Assembly: GCA_030390025.1 (NCBI GenBank)
Contig: CM059431.1
Location: 96,598,001-96,662,000, forward strand
DNA: 64,000 nucleotides
Direction: 5' to 3'
Source: Squalus acanthias
Taxonomy: Eukaryota
Shown: positions 1 through 11,055 of the stretch, in pieces
Position numbering within the stretch: the stretch's first letter is position 1
How the letters are laid out: the number at the start of each line of letters is the position of its first letter
Program-made: the position numbers and the translations under genes
Notes under the pieces: model-generated
The model's input: only the letters and a program-made list of their open reading frames with translations
The model's database searches: none
Told to the model about the DNA's origin: nothing

Positions 1-432
1 CCATGCTTCTGTCCAATCACCCAACCTGTCCAAATCATCCTGGAGTTTCTCGGCATCCTCCTCACAGCACACACGCCCACCCAGCTTTGTGTCGTCTGCA
101 AACTTGGAGATATTACAGCTAGTTCCCTTGTCTAGATCATTAATATATATTGTGAATAGCTGGGGTCCAAGGACCGATCCCTGCGGTACCCCACTAGTCA
201 CTGCCTGCCACTCGGAAAAAGACCCGTTTATTCCAACTCTTTGCTTTCTGTCTGCCAACCAGTTCTCTATCCAAGTCAATACCTTGCCCCCAATCCCATG
301 TGCCTTAACTTTACATGCTAATCTCTTATGCGGGACCTTATCAAAAGCCTTTTGAAAGTCCAAATACACCACATCCACTGGTTCTCCCTTATCTATTTTA
401 CCAGTTACATCCTCAAAAAATTCCAGTAGATT
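1..432 (-). mobile_element. CR1 LINE ORF2 (RT) fragment, continues off the left edge
   Basis: Reverse complement nearly matches the CR1 at about 49245-49673 ([17 protein letters not shown] region). Confidence 0.9.
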
Positions 433-499
433 ACATCTCGACCGGAAAGAGACTCCACTTCTTACCCCCTCCCATGGAAGATAATCACTACTTAGTCAT

Positions 500-1460
500 A
501 TCACCTTGGAGACAAAGAGCTTAAGGGATGGTCTGATTAAGCTATTAAAAATATTGAAGAGAATTGACAGAGTTGATAGGGAAAGATTTTTCCCTTGGAG
601 AGGAATCTAGAACGAGAGAACAGAATCTTAGAATCAGAATTAAGCTGGGTCAAAGGGAATCCTGAAAAAATGTCTCCATGCAAAGAGTTGTGAGTTATGG
701 GGATATAATACACCAGAAGGGTATAGATGGAGAATCAATCTGGGAGTTTAAAAAGGAGAGATACACTTGGGAAGGAAGGGTATAAAGGGACACGGTCAAA
801 GGGCAAGGAATTGCGACGGATAAAGGAAGAGCTGCCATGACTACAAAACAGCCAAGTAAGCTCTACAGGGCAATTGTGGTGTCTGAAGGTACAGTGGAGA
901 TATTCAATAAATATTTTGCATTGGTGATCTGGGAAGTAAGAATGCAGATGTACCAGATGGAGAATATGGAACAATTGTTAGAGATAACTGATAGAAAAGG
1001 AATTGGTTTAAGAAAAAAAATGAACATAACTCAAGGTTAATAAGTCACTGGGCACAGATGGCTGCTCTCTGGGCTTTTGTAAGAAGTTAGAGAAAAATTG
1101 CAAGGTTCTGACCACAATTTTTCAATCCTCGTTAAATATGCAAACTGTGCTGTGGGATTGTATCCAATGTAATACCCTTGTTAAAGAAAGAGAAGGATGA
1201 ACTGGGTAACTAAAGACCAGTTAGTCTGAAGTCAGTTGTGAGCAAACTTTAACAATCTATAATTCAAGATAAAATGAATGAGCATTTAGAAATGAATGGA
1301 TTAATCAAGGACAGCCAGCACAGAGTTATCAAATTTAATAGAATTTTTTTGGAAGAAGTGACTACTTGGATAGGTAAGCAGAATGCAGCAGTGTATATGG
1401 ATTTTCAGAAGGCCTTTGGTAAGGTGTGTCACAAGAGGCTTTCTAGACAAATTAAGGTTT
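500..1460 (+). mobile_element. Old degenerate CR1 fragments
   Basis: Decayed RT motifs (HLEMNGLIKDSQH, YMDFQKAF) and CR1 3'-end-like sequence. Confidence 0.65.
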
Positions 1461-1479
1461 ATGGTCTAAGAGGAAAATT

Positions 1480-1810
1480 GATAACCTCTTGCCATTGACT
1501 CCCTAACCTGAGAAAATAGTTTTCCCTATTCACTCTATCAATACCCTTCCTAATATTGAAAATCTCTGTTAAATCTCCTCTTGGCCTTCTCTGCTCCAGT
1601 GGAAATAGTCCCATTATCTCAAGTCTCTCCTCATAACTATAGCTTCCCATCCCTGCATCATCCTAGTGAATCTGTACGCTCTCAATGGTTTTTAATGTCC
1701 TTTCTGTAATGGGCAGCCCAAAGCTGCGCACAGTCTCTAACTGTGGTCTGACTGATGTTCTGTACAAATTTATTACCGCTTTACTCTGGTACTCTAAGCC
1801 CCTATTTATA
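1480..1810 (-). mobile_element. Degenerate CR1 ORF2 C-terminal fragment
   Basis: ORF 1459..1650 SYEERLEIMGLFPLEQRRPRGDL. Confidence 0.75.
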
Positions 1811-1951
1811 ATACCCAAAATAAGCCCCTATTTAATGGAAAGACTTCAAATTACAAATTTAAGATAATTAACTATTAGATTTTCTTGCAATTGAGAAGTT
1901 TAACATTTGGTTGCAATGGCAAAGAATCGATGGATTAACAGAAATGCCCAC

Positions 1952-2203
1952 CCTGAATAACTGTCTCTCGGCAAGCTCTCACTCTGCCTGAGAATTGTTC
2001 TGCTCAAATCAAAGAGCACATCATGTAAACTCTGCTCTTCTATTCGTTTAGTCGTCAGCTCAAATAGCTGTGTATTTCTTCTGAAAAGCTTGCATGCATA
2101 GCATGTTGCTGCAGCCGTTTCCATCTTGTCTCCTGTGAGAACCCAGACCTTCATCCCAGCTTTCTGCAAAGCTTCCACAGTCTCGGCAGCCTTGTCTTGC
2201 AAT
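1952..2203 (-). CDS. ATP11A: ATP11A coding exon (252 bp) LQDKAAETVEALQKAGMKVWVLTGDKMETA...RDSYSG
   Basis: ttcag|A TTG ... GG|gtgggc; TGDKxETA motif. Confidence 0.95.
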
Positions 2204-2281
2204 CTGAAAAACAATCACATTGAACAATATCTTATTGGTTGAAAAATCGAATGCATAGTTCCACTTGCTGCAACTGAAGCA

Positions 2282-3281
2282 AACAACAACAACTTGTATT
2301 TATATAGCATCTTTAACGTAGTAAAACATCCCAAGGCACTTCACAGGAGCATTATCAAACAAAATTTGACACTGAGCCACATAAGGAGATATTAGGACAG
2401 GTGACCAAAAGCTTGGTCAAAGAGGTAGGTTTTAAGGAGCATCTTAAAGGAGGAGGGTGAGATGGAGAGGCAGAGAGATTTAGGGAGGGAATTCCAGCGC
2501 TTTGGGCCTTGGCAGCTGAAGGCATGGCCAGCGATGGTGCAGCGATTAAAATCGGGGATGTTCAAGAGGCCAGAATTAGAGAAGCGCAGAGATCTCGGAG
2601 GGTTGTGGGGCTGGAGGAGATTACAGAGATAGGGAGGGGTGAGGCCATGGAGGGATTTGAAAACAAGGATGAGAATTTTAAAATCGAGATGTTGCTTAAC
2701 TGGGAACCAAAGTAGGTCAGTGAGCACAGGGGTGATGGGTGAATGGGACTTGGTGTGACAAGCAGCAGAGTTTTGGATGACCTCACATTTATGGAGGGTA
2801 GAACATGGGAGGCCGGTTAGGAGTACATTGGAATAGCCAAGTCTAGAGGTAACAAAGGCATGGATGAGGGTTTCAGCAGCAGATGAGCTGAGGCATGGGC
2901 GGAATTGGGCGATGTTACAGAGGTGGAAATAGGCGGGGTTTTTTAATCGTTTATGTGGGTGTCGCTGGCAAGGCCAGCATTTATTGCCCATCCTTAGTGA
3001 TGGCGCAGATATGTGGTCGGAAGCTCATTTTGGGGTCAAATATGACACCAAGGTTGCAAAAAGTCTGGCTCAGCCTCAGACAATTGCCAGGGAGAGGGAT
3101 GGAGTTGGTGGCTTGGGAACGGAGTTTGTGGTGGGGACTGAAGCCAATGGCTTTGGTCTTCCCAAGATTTTATTGGAGGAAATTTCTGCTCATCCAAAAC
3201 TGGATGTCAGACAACAAGTCTGACAATTTGGAGACAGTGGAGGGGTCAAGAGAGGTGGTGGTGAGGTACCGCTGGGTGTCG
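2282..3281 (-). mobile_element. L2-type LINE 3' portion with (TTG)n tail
   Basis: ORF 2392..2991 YFHLCNIAQFRPCLSSSAAETLIHAFVTSRL is the typical L2 C-terminus; the same tail occurs at 47179 and 19927. Confidence 0.8.
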
Positions 3282-3755
3282 TGGCCAAAAATTAAAACAT
3301 GCCCCTTTTCGTAGAACGCAAGTGTCTTTATAGATAATGCTCGGTTGTGTGATCTCCTGGGCTGGTTTTGATCGCCTGAGGGGGTCAGAGGGGAATTTTA
3401 CAGAGTATTTTTCCCTTATTGGCCCTGGGTCTTTTCTGTTCTTTTGCCTCTGGGAGGAGGCTGCGCAGGGGGGTTGTGAGGTGGGGGTGGGAAGGACTGT
3501 TCAGCTGTGATGCTCCAGCCATCGTGATGTGGGGCAGGCTTGAAGGACTAGCTGGTCTTTTCCTGCCCATCATTTTTGTATGTTCGTATTGCAGTTTTAA
3601 CCAACAAGTTTTACAAGTTAGTTTATCTACTTATTATATGAAACTAAATTAGCTCAGTCCATTATAACTCGGGTTCTAATTGTAACCTATTGCTCATGCT
3701 TGTTTTGACCAGTGAGAGCAGATTTAAAAGTCACTCAAATCTGCCTCTCTCTGAC

Positions 3756-3937
3756 CTGTCTTCCACAGCTGTTGCTCCAAGCAAATCCAGGTCCCTTTCA
3801 ACCACATCGTAAGCTTCAGCAAGCTTCCTGTCCCGTTCCTGGAGGGCTAGTTTCGCATTCTGAAGGAGTGTGTGAACATCTTGGTATTCTTCACTGCTAA
3901 GGACTTTGTAAGCCACACATAACGTTCGCAGCCCCTC
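3756..3937 (-). CDS. ATP11A: ATP11A coding exon (182 bp) EGLRTLCVAYK...LLGATAVEDR
   Basis: ttcag|GAG ... AG|gtcaga. Confidence 0.95.
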
Positions 3938-3994
3938 CTGAAATTGATAAAACTGTATTCAATACCAGAATAATTCTGTTGGCAACCATAGTGT

Positions 3995-4300
3995 GAGGCT
4001 TCTTCAACAGCACCTCCCAAACCCGCGACCTCTACTACCTAGAAGGACAAGGGGAACAGGTGCATGGGAACACCATCACCTCCAAGTTCCCCTCCAAGTC
4101 ACACACCATCCTGATTTAGAAATATATCACCGTTCCTTCATCGTTGCTGGGTCAAAATCCCGAACAGCACTGTGGGAGTACCTTCACCACACGGACTGCA
4201 GCGGTTCAAGAAGGCGGATCACCAGCACCTTCTCAAGGGCAACTAGGGAGGGGCAATAAATGCTGGCTTTGCCAGCGACACCCACATCCCGTGAATGAAT
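3995..4300 (+). mobile_element. 3' end of a second LINE family (RSFIVAGSKSWNSLP type)
   Basis: Near-identical to 37135-37457 and 13470-13745. Confidence 0.75.
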
Positions 4301-4967
4301 GATCAATCCAAGGCCGGTATCTATTATTGATCCGAGAATGGGCACACCCACTTTGTCTCAAGATTAAAAAGATTCCATTGGAGATTTTAAAAGTACTCGG
4401 GTGGCAAATGGTGAGCCTGTCTCTCCATTCAAATGAGACTCTGGTAGCGTGGAGATGGAATAAGTGAAGAATTAATATTGTGACAGAAGACACAAGGACA
4501 GCAAGCAGGACATAGAGAGTTGGGCCACAGGTTTCCACACCTTGAACTTCTGTTGACAGTCATGCTGCCCGGGGAGGGCTGGAGCTGATTTCCAATAAGG
4601 AGGGAGCTAAAGATGGAATGAGTGTTGTCCAGGTACACTCTTGGGTTCCTCACAGCACCAGTGACCAAAGTCTGGCACCTCCCTGGTCTGGGAATAAATC
4701 CCTGGAGCCTAAACAGATACATGGAAAACCAGATTCCATCAGAGTACAAATGTCTGGACCCTGTGAGGATGTCACCATTTCAGTACAACACTATCGATCA
4801 ACAAATCCTATGGGGACAGAGTTGCATCAATCACTAATTCTTTCCTTCAATATCCACTATTCAAATCTATGGAATAGCTTGAAGGTTTACAGCAGTGTAA
4901 ACCTGCGGACATTAGGAACCATAATAATAAAGACTCATCAGAATCATCCAAAACTGCTGTGACGTAC

Positions 4968-5071
4968 CATCGCATTCTGCTGCACTCGCTGTCGAACCAG
5001 CTCCAGCTTCCCCTCCTTCACCCTGGGGAAAATGGATGAATCAGCACCTTTACAGAACAGGATTATATCCC
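4968..5071 (-). CDS. ATP11A: ATP11A coding exon (104 bp) [35 protein letters not shown]
   Basis: aatag|GG GAT ... ATG|gtacgt; KGAD motif. Confidence 0.95.
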
Positions 5072-5282
5072 CTATTTAACAGACAAAAGGGTGCATGTTA
5101 TTGAAATATTTGAAGACTGTTTGAGAAGCATATGGACACAGCTAATTAACGATAGGCCTTGCACGGGCAGCTCGACAGGAGTGCTGACCCTGCACTGGGA
5201 GCCCAGTTCAGCAACAGAAATCACTTATGGTTTTCTGCAGAATAGCCCAAACGTTATATCTTTGCCTTTCTGAACCAGTCGC

Positions 5283-5712
5283 ATGCACACGCCCGCACCG
5301 GATACAATCCCGCTCGTGCACGCCTGCCCACACCGGATCCAATCCCGCTCGCCCACACCGGATCCAATCCCGTTCGTGCACGCCCGCCCATACCGGATCC
5401 AATCCCGCTCGCCCACACTGGATTGGATCCAATCCCACCCGTGCGCGGCCGCCTACACGTACCAGATCCAATCCCGCTCGCCCGCCCGCCCGCACCAGAT
5501 CCAATCCCGCGCGCCCGCCCATACCGGATCCAATCCCGCCTGCCCGCCCGTACCGGATCCAATTCTCACGCTCGCCCGCACCAGATCCAATCCCGCGCGC
5601 CCACCCATACCAGATCCAATCCCGCCTGCCCGCCCATACCAGATCCAATCCCGCCTGCCAGCCCGCACCGGATCCAATCCCGCCTGCCCGCCCGCACCGG
5701 ATCCAATCGCTC
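5283..5712. repeat. GC-rich minisatellite, about 14 units of roughly 25-39 bp, core ACCGGATCCAATCCCGC
   Basis: Direct inspection; abuts the donor of exon 5715-5788. Confidence 0.95.
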
Positions 5713-5714
5713 AC

Positions 5715-5788
5715 CTGTACTGGATCTAACAATGACACTCATCCGGCGTCTCACGGAGTCAAAATTCAGTGTCTGGAGTAATTCATAC
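5715..5788 (-). CDS. ATP11A: ATP11A coding exon (74 bp) YELLQTLNFDSVRRRMSVIVRSST
   Basis: tttaaag|G TAT ... G|gtgagc; N-domain F.S.RRRMSV motif. Confidence 0.94.
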
Positions 5789-8700
5789 CTTTAAAGAACA
5801 GAAAGATGTGAATTTAACAGCAATGTGCTTCCCAGGTCCTGACAGAGAATATATCTGCATTTCCAGTTAATTTGGAGCTCTAAATTTATTTGTAAAAATA
5901 GTATTGAAAGCATCAGGATACATTCTGTGAATGGACCCCTTAGAGCGCTATTACTATAAGGAGCTTCCACTTGTCCCCTTAGCAGGAAGGACTCGGCAGT
6001 GCAGCTGATTAGAAGTGAAGCAGGCAGTTAGTAAAGTGGCTCATTTTTTATAAACATACTATTTTTTTTTGTCAATTTTACTAATCAAATCTGCTTTTAA
6101 GTACTTGAGTGCAATCATATAACTACCACTCATTGTACCAATACCCATAATATGTGCTATCCTGTCACTACTATAAATATTCTGAATTAGTTATTAATAC
6201 AAAACCCAGTCCATTAATCACAATCCTGTTAAGTTGGTGGAGACTCACTCGGACCATCTCTCTGTCCCCGACCGTCTCTCTCTCTCTCTCTCTCTCTCTC
6301 TGTCCCCCTCTCCCCATCCTTCACTTCCCCTCATTCTCGCCCTCCCCCTCTCAAAACGCAAAGCAGCTGCCAATCAAACAAATATGAAAGACTGAACCGA
6401 CAAGATGCTTGCATTTGAGCTCAATGGCTTAGACCTTCTCTCAGATCTGTGGCTCTGTGCAGACTGTGCCATCTTCTCTGAGTGAACTTGGCTTTTAATC
6501 CCAGTCAGCATCACGACACAGTTTGATCACAGTCCTGTCCCGAATTTCGGCCCTTTCCTTCTTTCTGCTGGTTTTTCATCCTTCAAACTGAAAAGCACCA
6601 GAATGGCAGCACTGTTCAACCAGTAGCCTGAGATAATCCTCCAACATTCCAGCACCCAACATTCCCCCGGTGTCCGTGGCAATCCCACTTCATTACAACG
6701 AGCTGATTTTGCATCAGCGAGCAAGGGCAGGACGTTGTGACTGTCACCACCTTCACCTTCACCATGACAACCTCCTACTCCAGGAACCTCACTCAGTGAT
6801 GGACGCAGTCTTATACCATACGCAGCCTGACCAATATCTAGATTTATTCTGGGCCAATGCATAACCTCAACCAAAGTTACAGCACCAGGTTCCGGCCAGT
6901 CCTGCTCCGGACTGGCTCCCACTTGATGTTTCGGGAGGTCGCGACGTTTGGAGCAGAGCTTGGAACAGCAGGAGGGCAATAAGAGCAGTGAGAATAAAAC
7001 ACTTCACCACAGAGCTCCACCTGTCTGTCACACACTGGGGAAATGGCATTGATTTTATTTTTCTCTCTCAGTGGAAGCCAAGCAACCAGTTTTCTCTAAA
7101 CAGCAAAAGCAGATGTGGCCTGAGACAGGTTCAAGATGACTTCTGACCGAGTTTCAGAGACAATTGACCCTTTCACTCTTTGAGCAGAAACAAATCGCAA
7201 AACACATTCATTAAAAAAAAATCGTAGATGGACACTCCTTTTTCAAGAGCAGTCTTTATCCCAGCCAAACGTGTAAAACAGATCACGGGTAATGACCCCT
7301 CCATGGCCTGTTCATCACCACTTCCCCAATACATGGCACAGACATTACACCCTAATATGTAATTATATAGACAGTGTTATTCATTAATCCATGCTACATG
7401 TACTATAGATTTCAGACCGAAGGGCTGGTCTTCTCTTGATTTCCTTTGGGCTCTTTGCTTCAGCGAGCTGGATACGACTCGCCTCAAAGCTGTGTCGAGT
7501 CATCGTGAATCATCTTTTGACACTTTTTCCTGTCAAAAGCATCATGCTCCCATGTGTCATTTAAGATGCTGCATTTTTAAAATTGGGTCTTCCCTATATC
7601 TTTTGAACCAACTACCATGAGAGTTGAGCAGCGGACCTGCGAGAGGCACAGAGTCAGCGAGAGGAGGATAAAAAGAGCGCGGAGAGGAGGCCTGGGACCA
7701 GAGCTGAGCAGCGGACCTGCGAGAGGCACAGAGTCAGCGAGAGGAGGAGAGAAGTAAAAAGTAATCGAAGTGTGACGTCACCAGAAAGCAGGTAAGTGAT
7801 TGGTAGGTGAGTATTTCTCTCTTTCTCACTTTCATCCAAACTTAATTTTTGTGATTTATAGATTCTAGGGTCTCTGTTGTGTACCAGGGAGTGCTGGTAA
7901 ACAAGGGCCCTTGAGTATATCATTTAATTGTAGTGTAATTAGTGGTATTGATTTGATTTAATTTAATTTGAATTAATTAAAGGGTAAGTCATGACAGCAC
8001 AGCTCGGCCCCATGGCATGCTCCTCCTGCACTATGTGGGAAATCAGGGACACTTCCTGTGTCCCTGACGACCATGTGTGCGGGACATGTATCCAGCTGCA
8101 GCTACTGACAGACTGCATTGCGGCGCTGGAGCTGTGAATGGATACATACTGGAGCATTCGCGATGCTGAGGACATCGTGGATAACACGTTTAGGGAGTTA
8201 GTCACACCGCAGGTAAAGGCTGCACAGGCAGGAAGGGAATGGGTGACCACCAGGCAGAGTAGTAGGCGCAAGCAGGTAGTGCAGGGGTCCCCTGAGGCCA
8301 TCCCCCTTTCAAACAGATATACCACTTTGGATATTGTTGAGGGAGATGGATTATCGGGGGAAGGCAGCAGCAGCCAACTTCCTGGCACATGGGTGGTCCT
8401 GCTGCACAGGACGGGAGGAGAAAAAGCGGGAGAACTATAGTGATAGGGGATTCTACTGTAAGGGGAATAGATCGGCATTTCTGCGGCCGCAAATGAGACT
8501 CCAGGATGGTATATTGCCTCCCTGGTGCAAGGGTCAAGGATGTCTCGGAGCGGCTGTAGGGCATTCTGGAGGGAGAGGGTGAACAGCCAGTTGTCATGGT
8601 GCATATAGGTACCAACGATATAGGTAAAAAACGGGATGAGGTCCTAAAAGCTGAATATAGGGAGTTAGGAGGTAAATTAAAAAATAGGACCTCAAAAGGT

Positions 8701-9119
8701 AGTAATCTCAGGATTGCTACCAGTGCCACATGCTAGTCAGAGTAGAAATAGAAGGATATTTCAGATGAATATGTGGCTAGAGGAATGGTGCAAGGGGGAG
8801 GGATTCAAATTCCTGGGACATTGAAAACGGTTCTGGGGGAGGTGGGACCAGTACAAACTGGACGGTTTGCAGCTGGGCGGGACCTGGACCGATGTCCTAG
8901 GGGCAGTGTTTGCTAGTGCTGTTGGGGAGGGTTTAAACTAAAATTACAGGGGGTTGGGAACCTGTGCAGGGAGACAGAGGAAAGGGAAGCATGGATAGAA
9001 ACAAAAGACAGGAAGGAGAAAAGTAAAAGTGGAAGGCAGAGAAATCAAGGGTGTAAATCAAACAGGGCCACAGTAAATAATTATTCTAAAATTGTTAAAA
9101 AATCAAGCCTGAAGGCTTT

Positions 9120-10006
9120 GGGGTAAAAATTCAGTTGGTTGCGCCTCCCGTTAGCGCCTTAAGAGGGCGCTAATGGGGCGCAAAGCCGCTAACGCCCGGG
9201 CGCAGCGATGTTTGCGCCGCTCGGGAACTTAACTAGAGATTGTGCGGCGGCGCTAAACTTTACCGCTGCGACCACCTGCGCGCGCAGATTGTGACGTCAT
9301 TCCATGGTGCAACGCCCTTGTGGCGCCCCGGAGCGGAAATTGAGTGGCGCCCCCTGCCTTACCGCCTGGCGCATCCAACGACCAGAAGACTGGAACGCTA
9401 TCAATCGCTGTGGGGCTGGGGGGGGCGCTATTTAAAGGGGGCCTCTTCCTGCCTTTTATTGTTGGTGGCATTTTTGAACTACGCATTCTGAGAGAGAGAG
9501 GGAGAGACTTCTGGAGAGATTCAACGTTGTGTGAAGGAGTTTTGGGTACTGAGCAGCACTTTGCAGGTTCATTTTGATTTGCCATTCCTTGTATCGATTT
9601 AGCAGAGACTGTGGGAGCTGCACTCTGAGCTCTTTGCCTGGTACTCTCCATTGTTCTTTCCAGCACATTTGATGTGCAAGTCTCTCCAGGCCGAGAATCA
9701 AGGCTGCAATGAACAGGATGTGGATGGAAAGCAAGATTAACCATCCCCTTTAAGAACTGGCCATTGTGTGTGTGTTCCATTGCTGACTGACATTACATGA
9801 GCTTCGCCAGCGCTCTGAGTTAGCGCCTCACTCCTTGGCCTTTGCGCCTTAAGACAGGTGTGCAGCGCCTGATTTAGCGCTCCACTCACCTCCCGGGGCG
9901 GTAAAAGTGAAGTTTCCAGTCAGTGCCGATAATTAGCGCCAGGCGCTAATATTTGCATCCAGACGATATTTGCGCCCCAAATGGGGCGCGACCTAATTTT
10001 TCCCCC
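9120..10006. mobile_element. PIF/Harbinger-type MITE (887 bp) inserted in the CR1 endonuclease
   Basis: TIRs GGGGTAAAAATT / GGGGGAAAAATT and 3-bp TSD TTT; removal restores LKALCLNARS. Confidence 0.8.
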
Positions 10007-10655
10007 TTTGTGTCTTAATGCGAGGAGCATTCATAATAAGGTGGATGAATTAGCTGCGCAAATAGATGTAAACGGATATGATATAATTGGGATTACGGAG
10101 ACATGGCTCCAGGATGACCAAGTCTGGGAATTCAACATCCAGGGGTATTCAATATTCAGGAAGGACAGGAAAAAAGGAAAAGGAGATGGGGTAGCATTGC
10201 TGGTTAAAGAGGAGATTAACACAATAGTAAGGAAGGATATTAGCTCTGATGATGTGGAATCTGTATGGGCAGAGCTGAGAAATACCAAGGGGCAGAAAAC
10301 GTTAGTGGGAGTTGTATACAGACCCCCAAACAGTAATGCTGAGGTTGAGGATGGCAGTAAATGGGAAATTAGAGACGCGTGCAATAAGGGCACAGCAATT
10401 ATCATGGGTGACTTTAATCTACATACAGATTGGGCTAATCAAATTAGTAACAATACTGTGGAGGAGGAATTCCTAGAGTGTATACGGGATGGTTTCCTGG
10501 ACCAATATGTCGAGGAACCAACTAGAGATCAGGCCATCTTAGACTGGGTATTATGTAATGAGAAAGGATTAATTAGCAATCTTGTTGTGCGAGGCCCCTT
10601 GGGGAGGAGCGATCATAATATGATAGAATTCTTCATTAAAATGGAGAGTGAAGTA

Positions 10656-11055
10656 CAGGAAACTCTTTATTAACCGGCACCGACGGGACCGGCGTGGTGC
10701 CAGTTTATCGAAAGTACCGGATAACGGAGAGTTATATCTACCGAGGCTATTTTTAACAAAGAAAAATAAATAAATCAAGAAATGTGCAGTATACTTCCGA
10801 CAGCGCCAGGAGGCCGAGTAGTGGCACTTTTGAAAACTACCCCTACTGACTAAATCGGCGTTCGCGGACTCGGACTCGGGATCGGCAACATTGCCGGTTA
10901 TTTGAGAGGAGTTTTCGGAGTACTCGGCGTTCGCGGAGACTCGACTGCGACTCGGCAACATTGCCGGTTATTTGAGAGGAGTTTTCGGAAGATGATTTTT
11001 GCCGGTTAAGCGAGAATTCCGGATATTTGGGTGCCGGATAAACAAAAGTTTCCTG
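10656..11055. mobile_element. Tc1/mariner (Tigger/pogo-like) MITE, 400 bp
   Basis: TA TSD; 26-bp TIRs CAGGAAACTCTTTATTAACCGGCACC / CAGGAAACTTTTGTTTATCCGGCACC; removal restores CR1 MESEVVDSE as at 48255. Confidence 0.88.

Noticed and set aside
5208..5794. Several overlapping Pro/Arg/Gly-rich ORFs
   Set aside because: Translations of a stop-poor minisatellite; only 5715-5788 is a real exon
6527..6979. 150-aa minus-strand ORF in unique intronic sequence
   Set aside because: No recognisable domain, and the flanking ATP11A exons already join in frame without it
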